64,000 nt of DNA from Candidatus Levyibacteriota bacterium (lineage in GTDB: Bacteria > Patescibacteriota > Microgenomatia > Levybacterales > UBA12049): positions 67,411 through 131,410 of the forward strand of contig DAIDHK010000001.1 in NCBI GenBank assembly GCA_027459725.1. Reading direction: 5' to 3'. The position numbers and the translations under genes are program-made. The stretch's first letter is position 1, and every line of letters starts with the position of its first letter. The notes beneath the pieces are model-generated. The model was not told the origin of the DNA, made no database searches, and saw only the letters and a program-made list of their open reading frames with translations. Shown here one piece after another: positions 10,342-21,461 of this stretch.

Positions 10342-12135
10342 TCATTTATTTTCCATCATCGAAAACAGTGCCTCCTGAGGCAAGTGAATTTTAGCTGAGG
10401 AAACCATACGTTTTTTACCTTTTTTCTGAGCTTCCAATAATTTATCTTTTCTTGTTCTGTCTCCACCTGACATTTTTGCCAATACATCTTTACGATAAGG
10501 AGGGATCTCCTCCCGGGCTACTATATTACCATTTACTACCGCCTGAATAATCTGGCGAAACTGCTGACGAGGCAATGACTCTTTTAATTTTTCTGCTTTT
10601 TGCCTGGCCACATACAATCCCTCATCACGATAAGCAAGTTCTGAAAGAACATCGATAGTGTTATCGTTAATTTTCACATCAACATTCACCAAATCCGCCT
10701 GTTTATATTCTGTTAGTTCGTAATCAATACTGGCATATCCTGAACTGACAGTTTTTAACTCAGCCGATAAACCGCGGATAAACATACTGTAGGGAAGTTC
10801 ATAACTCAAAGTCGCATAGGTATCATGATACTGCATATCTACTAAACTGCCTTTGCGCTTTTGACATACCGTCATCACATTACCCACATATTCATTAGGA
10901 ATATATACAGTGAGAAGCATATACGGCTCTTTCATTGTTCCATCTGAAAATTTTTCATATAAAACATTGGGCATGGTTAATAGTAACTCCAGTCCAAATT
11001 CCTGAGCCAGCCTTTCTTTGACTATTTCAGCATGCAGTAAACCAAGAAAACCCACACGAAAACCGCTGCCCAGATAAGCTGAGTATTCCTCAGTATATGT
11101 TAGTGAAGTATCATTAAGCATTAGTTTTCCCAATGATTCGCGTAAATGCACAAAATCAGATGCGTCTTTGGGATACATACCAAAAAACACCATGGGTTTG
11201 GGAGTAACATAACCTTGTAAAGGAAATACATTATTTCCTTTTTCGTCTTGTGCATATTCATTTTTCTGCCCAAAAGACAATTGTAATTTGAAATTTGAGT
11301 TTATAATCGTGTCTCCTACCCTTCCCTGACGAATGTCTTTAATACCAGTAATTACATAGCCAATCTCACCCGCCACCAGTCCTTTAGCTGGCTGTAGAAA
11401 AGGACTAAATGTCCCTACTTCTGTCACCGTTGTCGTTGTTCCTCCCTGAAATAATTTAATCTGGTCTCCTACTTTGATTGACCCGCCAAACATGCGAATA
11501 TATGTCACTACACCACGATATTCATCATATACGGCATCGAATACCAATGCCCTTAACGGTTTCTCTATTTCATTAACCGGAGGGGGCAACTTTGTGACAA
11601 TCCTTTCTAACAAAACCTGTACATTTTCTCCTGTTTTAGCGGATATAAAAATGATTTCTTCTTCTTTAAAGCCAAATACTGAAATCAGTTCTTTAACAAC
11701 TAATTCTGTTTGTGCATTGGGCAAATCTATTTTATTAATAACCGGTATCATGACCAGATTCTGTTTGCGGGCTTCGAAAAAATGCGCAACCGTTTGCGCC
11801 TGAATACCTTGAGTTGCATCGACTAATAACACAGCCCCTTCACAGGCAGCCAAGGTACGGGAAACTTCATATGAGAAATCTACATGTCCGGGGGTGTCAA
11901 TCAGATTTAAAATATATTCTTTACCATCAGATGCATGATAGACCATACGTACAGGAGCTAATTTAATCGTTATTCCCCGTTTTTTGCTTATCGCATTCAT
12001 ATCCAGAAACTGTTCTCCCAGCTTATCTTTGGCAATGGTTTTCGTAATTTCCAAAAAGCGATCAGACAGGGTAGATTTCCCATGGTCTACATGAGCAATA
12101 ATTGCAAAATTACGTACAAAGTCCGGTTCAATCAT
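10342..12135 (-). CDS. lepA: elongation factor 4 (LepA)
   Basis: 'NFAIIAHVDHGKSTLSDRFLE' G-domain plus the LepA-specific C-terminal domain; 597 aa. Confidence 0.95.
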   Translation of the reverse strand: MIEPDFVRNFAIIAHVDHGKSTLSDRFLEITKTIAKDKLGEQFLDMNAISKKRGITIKLAPVRMVYHASDGKEYILNLIDTPGHVDFSYEVSRTLAACEGAVLLVDATQGIQAQTVAHFFEARKQNLVMIPVINKIDLPNAQTELVVKELISVFGFKEEEIIFISAKTGENVQVLLERIVTKLPPPVNEIEKPLRALVFDAVYDEYRGVVTYIRMFGGSIKVGDQIKLFQGGTTTTVTEVGTFSPFLQPAKGLVAGEIGYVITGIKDIRQGRVGDTIINSNFKLQLSFGQKNEYAQDEKGNNVFPLQGYVTPKPMVFFGMYPKDASDFVHLRESLGKLMLNDTSLTYTEEYSAYLGSGFRVGFLGLLHAEIVKERLAQEFGLELLLTMPNVLYEKFSDGTMKEPYMLLTVYIPNEYVGNVMTVCQKRKGSLVDMQYHDTYATLSYELPYSMFIRGLSAELKTVSSGYASIDYELTEYKQADLVNVDVKINDNTIDVLSELAYRDEGLYVARQKAEKLKESLPRQQFRQIIQAVVNGNIVAREEIPPYRKDVLAKMSGGDRTRKDKLLEAQKKGKKRMVSSAKIHLPQEALFSMMENK

Positions 12136-12226
12136 GCCTCACATTATAGTTTATTGGCCATTTAAAGGCAAAAATTCCTTCATAAGTCTCTTTAATTATC
12201 CTTTTTCTCTTGCTACAATATCCATT

Positions 12227-12964
12227 ATGAAGAACGGCCAGGTTGTGATCGGTTCCATTATAGTTGTCGTCTTTACCAGTATTTTTCTCTTTCTCAATTT
12301 TAACAGTAATCAAAATAAATGGGGATCTTTATTACCTCCCACTCCTACAATAGATATGTCCTCTCCTTTTCAACTGATTTCTCCAGCTCAATCGCAAAAC
12401 CAGCAAAGCGTCCAGGGTGCACAAACTCAACAACAAGTACAACAACCACCACCTCCAACTGCTGTACCAACGTCTGCTGCAAGTACATTTGAAGGCCCAT
12501 TACCGGCCACGGTGTCTGCTACTATTCATACTGCCAAAGGTGATATCGTCTTAAGCTTATTTGCTGATAAAGCCCCAAAAACAGTGGGTAATTTTATCGC
12601 CAAAGCTCAGGCAGGCTTTTATAACAACTTAACATTTCATCGAGTTGAGAACTGGGTAATTCAGGGGGGAGATCCGAATGGAGACGGAACGGGCGGCGGA
12701 CAAATGCCGGCAGAACAAACTCCTGGAATAAATTTTGTACCCGGTTCTCTGGGTGTGGCCAGAGGTTCTGACCCTACGATTAATAACGCTGCTCAGTTCT
12801 TTATTACTAAACAACAGGCGGATTGGCTAAATGGACAATATACCAATTTTGGCATCGTCACCAGCGGTATGGATGTGGTAAATAAAATTGCTGTTGGAGA
12901 TAAAATTGAAAGTATTTCAATAGATTTAACCCAGACCGAAGGAGGGGGATATACCTCACCTTAA
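12227..12964 (+). CDS. cyclophilin-type peptidyl-prolyl cis-trans isomerase, membrane-anchored with Gln-rich linker
   Basis: 'GNFIAKAQAGFYNNLTFHRVENWVIQGGDPNGDGTGGG' cyclophilin signature. Probable start is the ATG at 12227 ('MKNGQVVIGSIIVVVF', TM anchor); the track start at 12134 overlaps the lepA start. Confidence 0.8.
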   Translation: MKNGQVVIGSIIVVVFTSIFLFLNFNSNQNKWGSLLPPTPTIDMSSPFQLISPAQSQNQQSVQGAQTQQQVQQPPPPTAVPTSAASTFEGPLPATVSATIHTAKGDIVLSLFADKAPKTVGNFIAKAQAGFYNNLTFHRVENWVIQGGDPNGDGTGGGQMPAEQTPGINFVPGSLGVARGSDPTINNAAQFFITKQQADWLNGQYTNFGIVTSGMDVVNKIAVGDKIESISIDLTQTEGGGYTSP

Positions 12965-13099
12965 AGTGAGACAATCATCCATCTATATTCACTAAATAGT
13001 ATTTAGTTGCACCCAAAGTAGTTTATCAAGACAGGGAAATTGATTTAAAAGAAAATTTATTTCATTAAAAACCCCAATCATATTTATATATCTGCGTAT

Positions 13100-13119
13100 A
13101 AAAAAACTCCCAATCGGGA
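13100..13119 (-). terminator. weak terminator-like hairpin downstream of rpsG
   Basis: 'tccc aatc ggga' 4-bp GC stem, followed on the minus strand by a 7-nt U-run (13100-13106). Weak stem, low confidence. Confidence 0.25.
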
Positions 13120-13161
13120 ATACAATTTGAGATTCATTCAAGAATAAGGGGGAAACTCACT

Positions 13162-13635
13162 TTACCATCTGAAGTGGGCAAATGCGCGATTTGCTTCAGC
13201 CTGACGATGCATTGTATCTCTTTTCTTAATTGCCTCACCTGCATTGTTTGATGCATCAATTAACTCCTGAGCCAGTTTTTGAGCAAAACTATGATATTCT
13301 GTATTTGGTCTTTTGCGAGCAGCCTCTAAAATCCAGCGAATGGACAATGAAACTTTGCGGTCAGCTCTAACTTCGACAGGTACCTGATAATTAGCTCCAC
13401 CGACTCTACGTGCTTTAACCTCTACTTTAGGAGAAATAGTAGTAAGAGCTTTTTCAAATATCTCAAGAGGCTCCATACCCTTTTCTTTTATTAAATCAAA
13501 AGCAGTATACATCTGTTTTTGTGCGACTGTTTTTTTACCGTTCACCATCAAACAATTGGTGAATTTAGCTACCATAAGATTGTTATAAAGCAAATCAGGT
13601 TTAATTTTTCTTTTATCAATTTTAGCGTGTCTCAT
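13162..13635 (-). CDS. rpsG: 30S ribosomal protein S7
   Basis: 'MRHAKIDKRKIKPDLLYNNLMVAKFTNCLMVNGKKTVAQ...' is the S7 N-terminus. The likely start is 13635 (ATG), not the upstream-extended track ORF. Confidence 0.9.
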   Translation of the reverse strand: MRHAKIDKRKIKPDLLYNNLMVAKFTNCLMVNGKKTVAQKQMYTAFDLIKEKGMEPLEIFEKALTTISPKVEVKARRVGGANYQVPVEVRADRKVSLSIRWILEAARKRPNTEYHSFAQKLAQELIDASNNAGEAIKKRDTMHRQAEANRAFAHFRW

Positions 13636-13642
13636 ATTTTTA

Positions 13643-14065
13643 TTATGCACTCTTTGCACTTGGCATCTTGGCACCATACTTACTTCTGGAAGTATGACGA
13701 CCCTCAACACCCTGTAAATCAAACTTACCGCGTACAATATGATACTTTACTCCTGGCAAATCCTTAACACGTCCACCACGAACTAAAACAATACCATGTT
13801 CGGACAAACTGTGACCAATACCCTGAATATATGCTGTAACTTCAACTTTGTTGGACAATTTAACACGAGCTACTTTACGCAGAGCTGAATTAGGCTTTTT
13901 AGGAGTCATAGTCTTAACCAAAGTAACCACTCCACGCTTTTGAGGAGAACTTAAATCTTTGTACTCACGGTCTTTAGCATTAAACATGCGGTGTAAACCG
14001 GTAGCTTTAACTTTTTTTGTCTTATGTTTTCGACCATGTCTGGCCAATTGCGATAATGTTGGCAT
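13643..14065 (-). CDS. rpsL: 30S ribosomal protein S12
   Basis: '[25 protein letters not shown]...[14 protein letters not shown]' canonical S12. Confidence 0.95.
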   Translation of the reverse strand: MPTLSQLARHGRKHKTKKVKATGLHRMFNAKDREYKDLSSPQKRGVVTLVKTMTPKKPNSALRKVARVKLSNKVEVTAYIQGIGHSLSEHGIVLVRGGRVKDLPGVKYHIVRGKFDLQGVEGRHTSRSKYGAKMPSAKSA

Positions 14066-14121
14066 AACTTTAGAGTATTATATCATACTTCACGCTCAAG
14101 GAAAACTCTTACGATGGACAA

Positions 14122-17100
14122 TTAGGCAACTAACATTGGTTCCTCTACCGGCAGTTGTGCAGGCGCTGGAGCAGCCTCTTCTGAGAATACGCCATCAGTA
14201 TAAACTGAACCATCGACTGGAATCAATCGTCCAATGATAACATTCTCTTTCAAACCAATCAAACGATCCTCACGTCCTTCGAGAGCAGCTTCTGTCAAGA
14301 CTTTAGTTGTCTCCTGGAAGGAGGCAGCTGAGAGCCATGAATCAGAGAACAATGCTGCCTTGGTGATACCCAGGATCATTTGTTTACCAGTGACTGGATT
14401 ACCACCCTCAGATAGAATTTCAGAATTAATTTCTTCAAATTTAGCCTTGCTGACAAAATCACCCGGAATCAAAGCTGAATCACCCACACTGTCAATCATA
14501 ATCTTATCAGACATCTTGCGTAAAATAACCTCGAAATGCTTATCATTGATCATAATGCCCTGAGATTCATATACCTTCTGAGCTTCAGTAATGATATAGT
14601 GCTGAGATGCATTCAAACCTCCGACTTTTAGAACTTCTTTAGGATCAAGATATCCTTCAGCCAAAGGTGTACCGACTATAATCTCATCTCCATCTTCTAC
14701 GGCCAAAGTAGATGCTTGTGGAACAAAATATTCCTGTACCTCAATAGGCTTAATCTTCGTATTGCGAACCTGAATTAAATATCCTTCATCATTCTTCTCA
14801 ATTGCTACACGTCCGCTTATCTCACTGACAGGCGCCAAACTCTTAGGTGTACGCATTTCAAACAACTCTTCAACTCGAGGTAAACCCTGTGTCACGTCTG
14901 ACATCACGACTCCTCCGAAATGCTTAACACGCATGGTAAGCTGTGTTCCAGGTTCTCCGATACTTTGAGCCGCAATTACGCCAACTGGGACACCCAGATC
15001 AACTTTTTTCTTGGTTGAGAAATCCCAACCATAACATTTAGCACAGATTCCATAATGTAATTTGCATGTCATAGCGGAGCGAATAGTAACTTCAGTCACG
15101 TTATTATCGACCAAATTTCTGGCTGCTTCTTCATCGATCTCCTCGCCTGCCTTCATAACAATTTTGCGTGTCTTAGTAACTGCATCTGTAGCTAAAAATC
15201 TTCCTACTATACGGTCAGAAAATTCTACCGTTCTTTCTTTCTCATCAGCAACAATAGTTACACCCTCGGTAGTTCCGCAGTCATCGCTCATAACAATAAC
15301 ATCATGAGAGACGTCCACTAATCGACGGGTTAAGTATCCAGCGTTGGCGGTTTTCAAAGCACCGTCAGTCAAACCCTTACGAGAACCTCGAGTAGAAGCT
15401 ACATATTCAAATACTGACAATCCTTCACGGAAGTTAGATTTAATAGGTAGTTCTACGATCTTACCCATTGGGTCAACAATCAATCCGCGCATAGCAGAGA
15501 GCTGCTTTAACTGCTCAATACCTGCACGTGTACCTCCGGAAGCAATCATGGTACGTATAACGTTATTCGGCTGTAAATTCTTCCAGGTCAAATCAGCTAA
15601 GTTATCAGTGATTTCCAGCCATACATTGTTTGATAAGCGCTTCTTTTCTTCCAAAGTTATCAAACCTTGCTGATATTGTGTGTCAATTGTACCGATCTTC
15701 TTTTCAGCATCTTCTATCATTTTATTCTTGCCGTCAATTATTTCACTATCAAAGATTGATAATGAAACACCCGAAACCGTAGCCCCATAGAATCCAAAAT
15801 GTTTAACATTATCAATTAAGTTAGCTACTTCATCTGCTGAATGCTGTTTCATAGCTGATGTGACTAGTTTCTTGATACTTGAAGCATTGACTGCCTGATT
15901 GATAAATGGCATGTCGTTCAGCAAAACTTCATTGAAAAGGATACGTCCAACAGTTGTTTCTACCAATTCAGATTTGCCATTTGAATCTAATCTAACCTTA
16001 ATAGGTTCTTTTATACGGATACTGCCTAAATCATAAGCCATAATTGCATTATGAGTACTAGAATATTCCTGCATTTCTTCTTCTGATTTTCTCAAAGACT
16101 CATTCATTTCAGTTAAGAAGTAGACCCCAAAAGCCATCTCTTTATTCGGCAGTGTGATTGGACTCCCATCAGCTGGTTTTAAAAGATTGTGACTTGGCAG
16201 CATTAGTTTAATAGCTTCTTCCTGAGCTTTACTTGATAATGGAATATGTACAGCCATCTGGTCCCCGTCAAAATCTGCGTTATAACCTGAACACACACAA
16301 GGATGCAGACCAATTGCAGAACCTTCAATCAAAACCGGGAAGAAAGCCTGCATACCAAGCTTGTGCAAAGTAGGAGCACGGTTAAGTAAAATCGGATGAT
16401 TCTTAGTAATCTCTTCCAGAATGTCAAATACTTCCGGTGGACGCTTTTCTATATATCTTTTGGCTGACTTAATGTTGGTAGCCAAACCCCGCATGATAAC
16501 TTCACGCAAAACGAAAGGTTTGAACATTTCCAGAGCCATTTCTTTTGGCAAACCGCACTGAGTGAGCTTCAATTCAGGAGAAACAACAATAACTGAACGC
16601 CCAGAATAATCGACGCGCTTTCCTAGCAAATTTTGACGGAAACGACCCTGCTTACCTCTTAACATATCAGAGAGAGAGCGCAAGGGAGCAACCACAGTCT
16701 GGGATGAACGTTGTGTAACGTCAATTAATGCATCTACTGATTCCTGTAACATGCGCTTTTCATTACGCAAGATAATTTCCGGTGCACCGAGAGAAATAAG
16801 GTGCTTCAAACGATTGTTACGGTTGATGACACGACGATACAAATCATTTAAGTCTGAAGTGGCAAAACGTCCTCCTGCTAATTGCACCATCGGACGAAGA
16901 TCCGGAGGGATAATCGGTAAGATAGACATGATCATACTAGCAGGTTGTACGCCGGCTTTGCGCATCGATTCCACAAGACGTAGCCGCTTAATAACTTTCA
17001 AATATTTCTGACCGCTTGATTTTTCAGCTTCCTTGCGCATGGAAACAATAATTTCAGACAAGTCTAATTTCTCAATTAACTCGGCCAACGCTTCAGAACC

Positions 17101-17922
17101 TGTTTTGATAGTGAAGAAAACTGGAATATCATATTCAAGCAACTTGAAGTATTCATCTTCGGATAAGACACTGGAAACTTTGAGACCTTTAAGCAATTTA
17201 AGTAATGTATCGGCAATCTCATCCAACTTTTTAGATTCAGATTCATAAGATTCATTCAATTTAGCCAGTCTTTGGCGCTGGGAGAGTTCAATTTCCTGAT
17301 TAATCAATTGCTTTTGCTCACGTCGAACATGTAATTCCTTGGTATCACCTTTTTGTTCTTTCAAATCATCTTTGAGTTTGGCCTGCTCTTCATCAGCCCG
17401 GCCCTTCAGTTCTGCTCGACGCTCTTCAATTTTTTCTGTTAAAATCTCTATGGCTTGTTTTTTCTTTTCTTCATCAATACCTGTAACTAAGTAGGAAGCA
17501 TAGTAGATAACAGACTCGAGGTTTTTCTGCGGGATATCCAGTAAAGTAGATAAAGGAGAGGATGAACCTTTGAAGAACCAGACATGAGCACAAGGACTAG
17601 ATAATGTAATATGGCCAATCCTTTCGCGACGAACACGAGACAAGGTAACTTCAACTCCGCATTTATCACAAACGATACCACGATATCGAATTCTCTTGTA
17701 TTTTCCACAATAACACTCCCAATCCTTTGTTGGCCCAAAAATCCTCTCATCAAACAAGCCATCTTTTTCAGGCCTGAGAGTACGGTAATTGATAGTTTCC
17801 GGCTTGGTAACCTCACCATAAGACCAATTGATGATATCCTGCTTACTGGCTATCATGATCTTAAGCGACTTAAAATCTAGAATTGTAGCGTCTTTCATGA
17901 CTTTTTTACTATCGTTATTCAT
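14122..17922 (-). CDS. rpoC: DNA-directed RNA polymerase subunit beta' (contains a lineage-specific coiled-coil insertion)
   Basis: 1266 aa with the Zn-binding 'CYCGKYKRIRYRGIVCDKCGVEV', 'NADFDGDQMAVH' catalytic motif and trigger loop. Confidence 0.97.
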   Translation of the reverse strand: MNNDSKKVMKDATILDFKSLKIMIASKQDIINWSYGEVTKPETINYRTLRPEKDGLFDERIFGPTKDWECYCGKYKRIRYRGIVCDKCGVEVTLSRVRRERIGHITLSSPCAHVWFFKGSSSPLSTLLDIPQKNLESVIYYASYLVTGIDEEKKKQAIEILTEKIEERRAELKGRADEEQAKLKDDLKEQKGDTKELHVRREQKQLINQEIELSQRQRLAKLNESYESESKKLDEIADTLLKLLKGLKVSSVLSEDEYFKLLEYDIPVFFTIKTGSEALAELIEKLDLSEIIVSMRKEAEKSSGQKYLKVIKRLRLVESMRKAGVQPASMIMSILPIIPPDLRPMVQLAGGRFATSDLNDLYRRVINRNNRLKHLISLGAPEIILRNEKRMLQESVDALIDVTQRSSQTVVAPLRSLSDMLRGKQGRFRQNLLGKRVDYSGRSVIVVSPELKLTQCGLPKEMALEMFKPFVLREVIMRGLATNIKSAKRYIEKRPPEVFDILEEITKNHPILLNRAPTLHKLGMQAFFPVLIEGSAIGLHPCVCSGYNADFDGDQMAVHIPLSSKAQEEAIKLMLPSHNLLKPADGSPITLPNKEMAFGVYFLTEMNESLRKSEEEMQEYSSTHNAIMAYDLGSIRIKEPIKVRLDSNGKSELVETTVGRILFNEVLLNDMPFINQAVNASSIKKLVTSAMKQHSADEVANLIDNVKHFGFYGATVSGVSLSIFDSEIIDGKNKMIEDAEKKIGTIDTQYQQGLITLEEKKRLSNNVWLEITDNLADLTWKNLQPNNVIRTMIASGGTRAGIEQLKQLSAMRGLIVDPMGKIVELPIKSNFREGLSVFEYVASTRGSRKGLTDGALKTANAGYLTRRLVDVSHDVIVMSDDCGTTEGVTIVADEKERTVEFSDRIVGRFLATDAVTKTRKIVMKAGEEIDEEAARNLVDNNVTEVTIRSAMTCKLHYGICAKCYGWDFSTKKKVDLGVPVGVIAAQSIGEPGTQLTMRVKHFGGVVMSDVTQGLPRVEELFEMRTPKSLAPVSEISGRVAIEKNDEGYLIQVRNTKIKPIEVQEYFVPQASTLAVEDGDEIIVGTPLAEGYLDPKEVLKVGGLNASQHYIITEAQKVYESQGIMINDKHFEVILRKMSDKIMIDSVGDSALIPGDFVSKAKFEEINSEILSEGGNPVTGKQMILGITKAALFSDSWLSAASFQETTKVLTEAALEGREDRLIGLKENVIIGRLIPVDGSVYTDGVFSEEAAPAPAQLPVEEPMLVA

Positions 17923-20900
17923 TATCGTCTACTCCTTTCGCACTCAAGGCTGCCTCATCCGGGCCTTCTTCACTGGAAATTTCCATACCTTCGGCTGCTG
18001 CATTCTTCTCATCAACTACCTCTTCAGCATTTAATGAGTGTTCCAATTCACTTACTTCAGCCTTAAGTTTTTCTGACTCAATCTCTTCCTTAACTTCAGA
18101 AGTCTCATTATACAAGGTAGCTCCGACTGGCACAACATTCAAACCAAGTGACTGTAACTCTTTAATCAAAACTTTAAAAGATTCTGGTACTTTTGGTGTA
18201 GGTATATCAACGCCTTTAACAATAGCTTCGAAAGCTTTGGCACGGCCAACCACATCATCAGCTTTAATAGTCAACATCTCCTGTAAAATATGCCGGGCAC
18301 GATGTGCTTCCAGTGCCCAAACTTCCATTTCTCCGAGTCTCTGCCCACCCATCTGAGCTTTTCCTCCCAAAGGTTGCTGAGTGACTAAGGAATATGGGCC
18401 GGTTGAACGGGCATGAGTCTTATCTTCGACCATGTGAATTAATTTCATGACATATTCGATACCAACTACGACCGGATTTTCAAATTCCTGACCAGTTCGA
18501 CCGTCAAATAATTTCAATTTACCACTGACTGGTAACCCAGCCTGATGCAATAAGTCAACGAGCTTGTCTTCCGAAATCTTCTCAAAGACAGGTAATGCGA
18601 CTTTCATGCCCAATTTACGTGCAGCCAGACCAAGATGAGCCTCTAATACCTGACCGAGGTTCATACGAGCCAGAATACTCATTGGTGAGATAATAATATC
18701 AACAGGTGTGCCGTCTTCAAGGTGAGGCATATCTGCTTCCGGAAGAATTCGGGAAATAATACCTTTATTTCCATGACGTCCAGCCAATTTGTCACCCACC
18801 ACTACATGACGGTACTGAGCCACTTCAACGATAATTTTACGCAAAGTACCAGGTTCAAGCTCATCCCCGCTCTTACGGTCTAGAATTTGTACACTGATAA
18901 CTGTTCCTCGTTCACCATGAGGTACACGCAAACTTGTATCACGTACTTCACGAGCCTGCTCACCAAAGATTGCCCGCAGCAGTCTTTCTTCAGCAGTCAA
19001 TTCTGTCTCACCTTTAGGAGCAATTTTACCTACTAAGATATCACCAGGTCCGACATCACTACCAACGACGATAATGCCATCTTCATCCAATTTAGCCAAT
19101 TCGTCTTCAGCCACATTAGGAATATCCTGCGTAGTTTCTTCCGGTCCAAGTTTGGTTTCCACAACTGACGCTTCATATTTCTCAATATGAATTGATGAGA
19201 GTACGTCTTCACGTACTAAACGATCAGATATAACCAAAGCATCCTCATAACCAAGACCATCAAGAGAAGTATAAGCAATTAAAAGATTTTGTCCCAAGGC
19301 TAATTCTCCATCTTCAGAAGCGGGCCCATCAATTAATACATCACCCTTTTTTATTTTTTGACCAACAGACACTACAGCCCTTTGCGTATATGCGGTTGCA
19401 TTGGCAGTACGACGGAAAGATTCAATATCAAATTTCTTCTTTTCTTTCTTAGCATCTTCAATAATGACCTTTTCTGAATCGACAAAAGTTACTGTCCCGT
19501 CAAAAGGAGCCAGCACAACACGTCCCATGACTCTGGAGATTGTTGCTTCCATTCCCGTACCAACGATTGGACTCTCAGGCTTAACAAGTGGTACAGCCTG
19601 ACATTGCATGTGCGTACCCATCAAAGCACGAATACCATCATCATGAGCTAAATATGGAATAAGAGAAGCACTTGCACCAACTACCTGACGAGGTGTAACG
19701 TCAATGTAATTAACAACATTACCGTCAGCTTGAATAAACTCCCCACCATAGCGGGCTGGAACTCTTTCATCAGTAATAATACCATCTCCAGATACATTAA
19801 CACCTGCATGAGTAATATAATGTTCTACCTCATCATCAGCAGCCAGATATTCGATTTCATCAGTAACCTGAGAAACTGTTTTGTTACCTTTTTTGACCTG
19901 TGTAACTTTTCGATAAGGTGTTTCCAGGAAACCAAAATCATTGACTCTGGCATAAAGTGAAATATATGTAACAAGACCGATATTTGGACCTTCGGGACTT
20001 CGGATAGGACAAATTCTGCCATATTGAGAACTGTTAATATCACGAATAGAAAACGCAGCTCTTTCTCGTGAAATACCACCAGTACCCATAACTGTCAAAC
20101 GATTAAGATTGTCAATTTCAGAAAGCGGGTTTGTTTGATCTAAGATAGTGGAGAGCTGGGAGGTACGGAAGAATTCATTAATGGCTGCCATAATGGGACG
20201 GGCATTAATGAGATTGGAAACGGTGACCTGCTGACCATCAGTCTGCAATAAACTCATACGTTCTTTGATACTTCTTTCTACACGCAGAACTCCAACACGG
20301 AAAGCATTAGCAGCTACTAACTCTCCCACACTACGCACACGACGGTTAGCTAGACTATCAATATCATCTGTAAATCCTTTACCCTGTGTAAGCTGGATTA
20401 AGTAGGAGATAGTAGAGACTATATCATCTACAGTTAACACCTGTTCTTCAGTAGATGTAAAACCAGGAGTATTAGCCAACTTTTTGTTGACTTTATAGCG
20501 GCCGACCTGCCCCAAATCATAACGGCGATTATTAAAGAACAAATTATAAAAGCTCTCGCGTACCTTATCGATGACTAATGGTTCGCCAGGATGCATTTTG
20601 CGAAATATTTCGAGCAATGCTTCCGTCTCCGAACCTGTTTCGTCTTTGACTAAAGTATTTTCAATAAAGGATTCTTTAGCACCCTCTTCCAACGGAGCAA
20701 AACGTTCTTTAATGGTCTCATTACCAGAAATTCCAATAGCTCTTAAAAAAGTTGTGGCAAGGAATTTGCGTCGGCGATCAATCTTAACTGTAATAGTATT
20801 GTAACGGGTAGTGGAAAACTCCAACCAAGAACCATGAACCGGCCTAATTTCAGCAGTATACAATGTCTTACCAGTAGCTGGATCAGAAGAAGCGGTGAAG

Positions 20901-21340
20901 AAAACACCAGGGGAACGGACCAGTTGATTAACAACTGCTCGCTCAATACCATTTACAATAAATGTCCCACGTTCAGTCATCTGGGGAATATCTCCTAAAA
21001 ATACTTCTGCTTCCTGAACTTTGTCAGTCTTCAAATTCTTTAATGCAACTCTTACATATAATGGAGCATCAAACGTAAGTCCTTTGGATAAGGCAACCGC
21101 GGGGTCGTTGCTAGGTTCTCCGATTCTATAATTATGAAACGTCAGAGTCCAGTTTTTACCAGTAAAATCTTCAACAGGGGAAATTTCTTTGAGAATATCG
21201 CCAATTGCAACATCCTGAAACCATTTATAAGATTTTCTTTGTATAGCAAGCAAATCCATTTGTGGCAAAACATTATAGGTCTTACCCCAAACTTGACGAT
21301 TCATCTTTTTATGATCAAGAACATTTGAATTTTTAGGCAT
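17915..21340 (-). CDS. rpoB: DNA-directed RNA polymerase subunit beta (acidic C-terminal tail)
   Basis: 1141 aa; rifampicin-cluster region 'QLSQFMDQTNPLSE'-like and 'GEMEVWALEAHRA'. The stop overlaps the rpoC start by 8 nt. Confidence 0.97.
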   Translation of the reverse strand: MPKNSNVLDHKKMNRQVWGKTYNVLPQMDLLAIQRKSYKWFQDVAIGDILKEISPVEDFTGKNWTLTFHNYRIGEPSNDPAVALSKGLTFDAPLYVRVALKNLKTDKVQEAEVFLGDIPQMTERGTFIVNGIERAVVNQLVRSPGVFFTASSDPATGKTLYTAEIRPVHGSWLEFSTTRYNTITVKIDRRRKFLATTFLRAIGISGNETIKERFAPLEEGAKESFIENTLVKDETGSETEALLEIFRKMHPGEPLVIDKVRESFYNLFFNNRRYDLGQVGRYKVNKKLANTPGFTSTEEQVLTVDDIVSTISYLIQLTQGKGFTDDIDSLANRRVRSVGELVAANAFRVGVLRVERSIKERMSLLQTDGQQVTVSNLINARPIMAAINEFFRTSQLSTILDQTNPLSEIDNLNRLTVMGTGGISRERAAFSIRDINSSQYGRICPIRSPEGPNIGLVTYISLYARVNDFGFLETPYRKVTQVKKGNKTVSQVTDEIEYLAADDEVEHYITHAGVNVSGDGIITDERVPARYGGEFIQADGNVVNYIDVTPRQVVGASASLIPYLAHDDGIRALMGTHMQCQAVPLVKPESPIVGTGMEATISRVMGRVVLAPFDGTVTFVDSEKVIIEDAKKEKKKFDIESFRRTANATAYTQRAVVSVGQKIKKGDVLIDGPASEDGELALGQNLLIAYTSLDGLGYEDALVISDRLVREDVLSSIHIEKYEASVVETKLGPEETTQDIPNVAEDELAKLDEDGIIVVGSDVGPGDILVGKIAPKGETELTAEERLLRAIFGEQAREVRDTSLRVPHGERGTVISVQILDRKSGDELEPGTLRKIIVEVAQYRHVVVGDKLAGRHGNKGIISRILPEADMPHLEDGTPVDIIISPMSILARMNLGQVLEAHLGLAARKLGMKVALPVFEKISEDKLVDLLHQAGLPVSGKLKLFDGRTGQEFENPVVVGIEYVMKLIHMVEDKTHARSTGPYSLVTQQPLGGKAQMGGQRLGEMEVWALEAHRARHILQEMLTIKADDVVGRAKAFEAIVKGVDIPTPKVPESFKVLIKELQSLGLNVVPVGATLYNETSEVKEEIESEKLKAEVSELEHSLNAEEVVDEKNAAAEGMEISSEEGPDEAALSAKGVDDNE

Positions 21341-21377
21341 TGGCGAGATATATTATTGGCAGTAACTTCCTATACGC

Positions 21378-21406
21378 AAAAAAAGATACAGAGATACCTC
21401 TGTATC
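21378..21406 (-). terminator. intrinsic-terminator-like hairpin in the rpoB 5' leader (possible attenuator)
   Basis: Perfect 9-bp stem 'gatacagag'/'ctctgtatc' (21385-21406) with a 4-nt loop. On the minus strand it is followed directly by a 7-nt U-run (21378-21384), about 38 nt upstream of the rpoB ATG. Confidence 0.4.
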
Positions 21407-21432
21407 TGTATTGAGTGTAATAAAGTGTCTTA

Positions 21433-21461
21433 GTTATATCATAGCAATTCAAGCATGTCAA
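21433..21461 (-). promoter_or_regulatory. sigma70-like promoter for rpoBC (-35 TTGACA / 17 nt / -10 TATAAC on the minus strand)
   Basis: Plus 'tgtcaa' 21456-21461 and 'gttata' 21433-21438 with a 17-nt spacer. Lies upstream of the leader hairpin. Confidence 0.35.

Noticed and set aside
14234-21328. Numerous 60-110-aa ORFs antisense to or overlapping rpoB/rpoC/groEL/pnp/clp genes in the ORF track
   Set aside because: They are fully embedded in strongly supported genes on the opposite strand or another frame. Low-complexity translations; treated as spurious.
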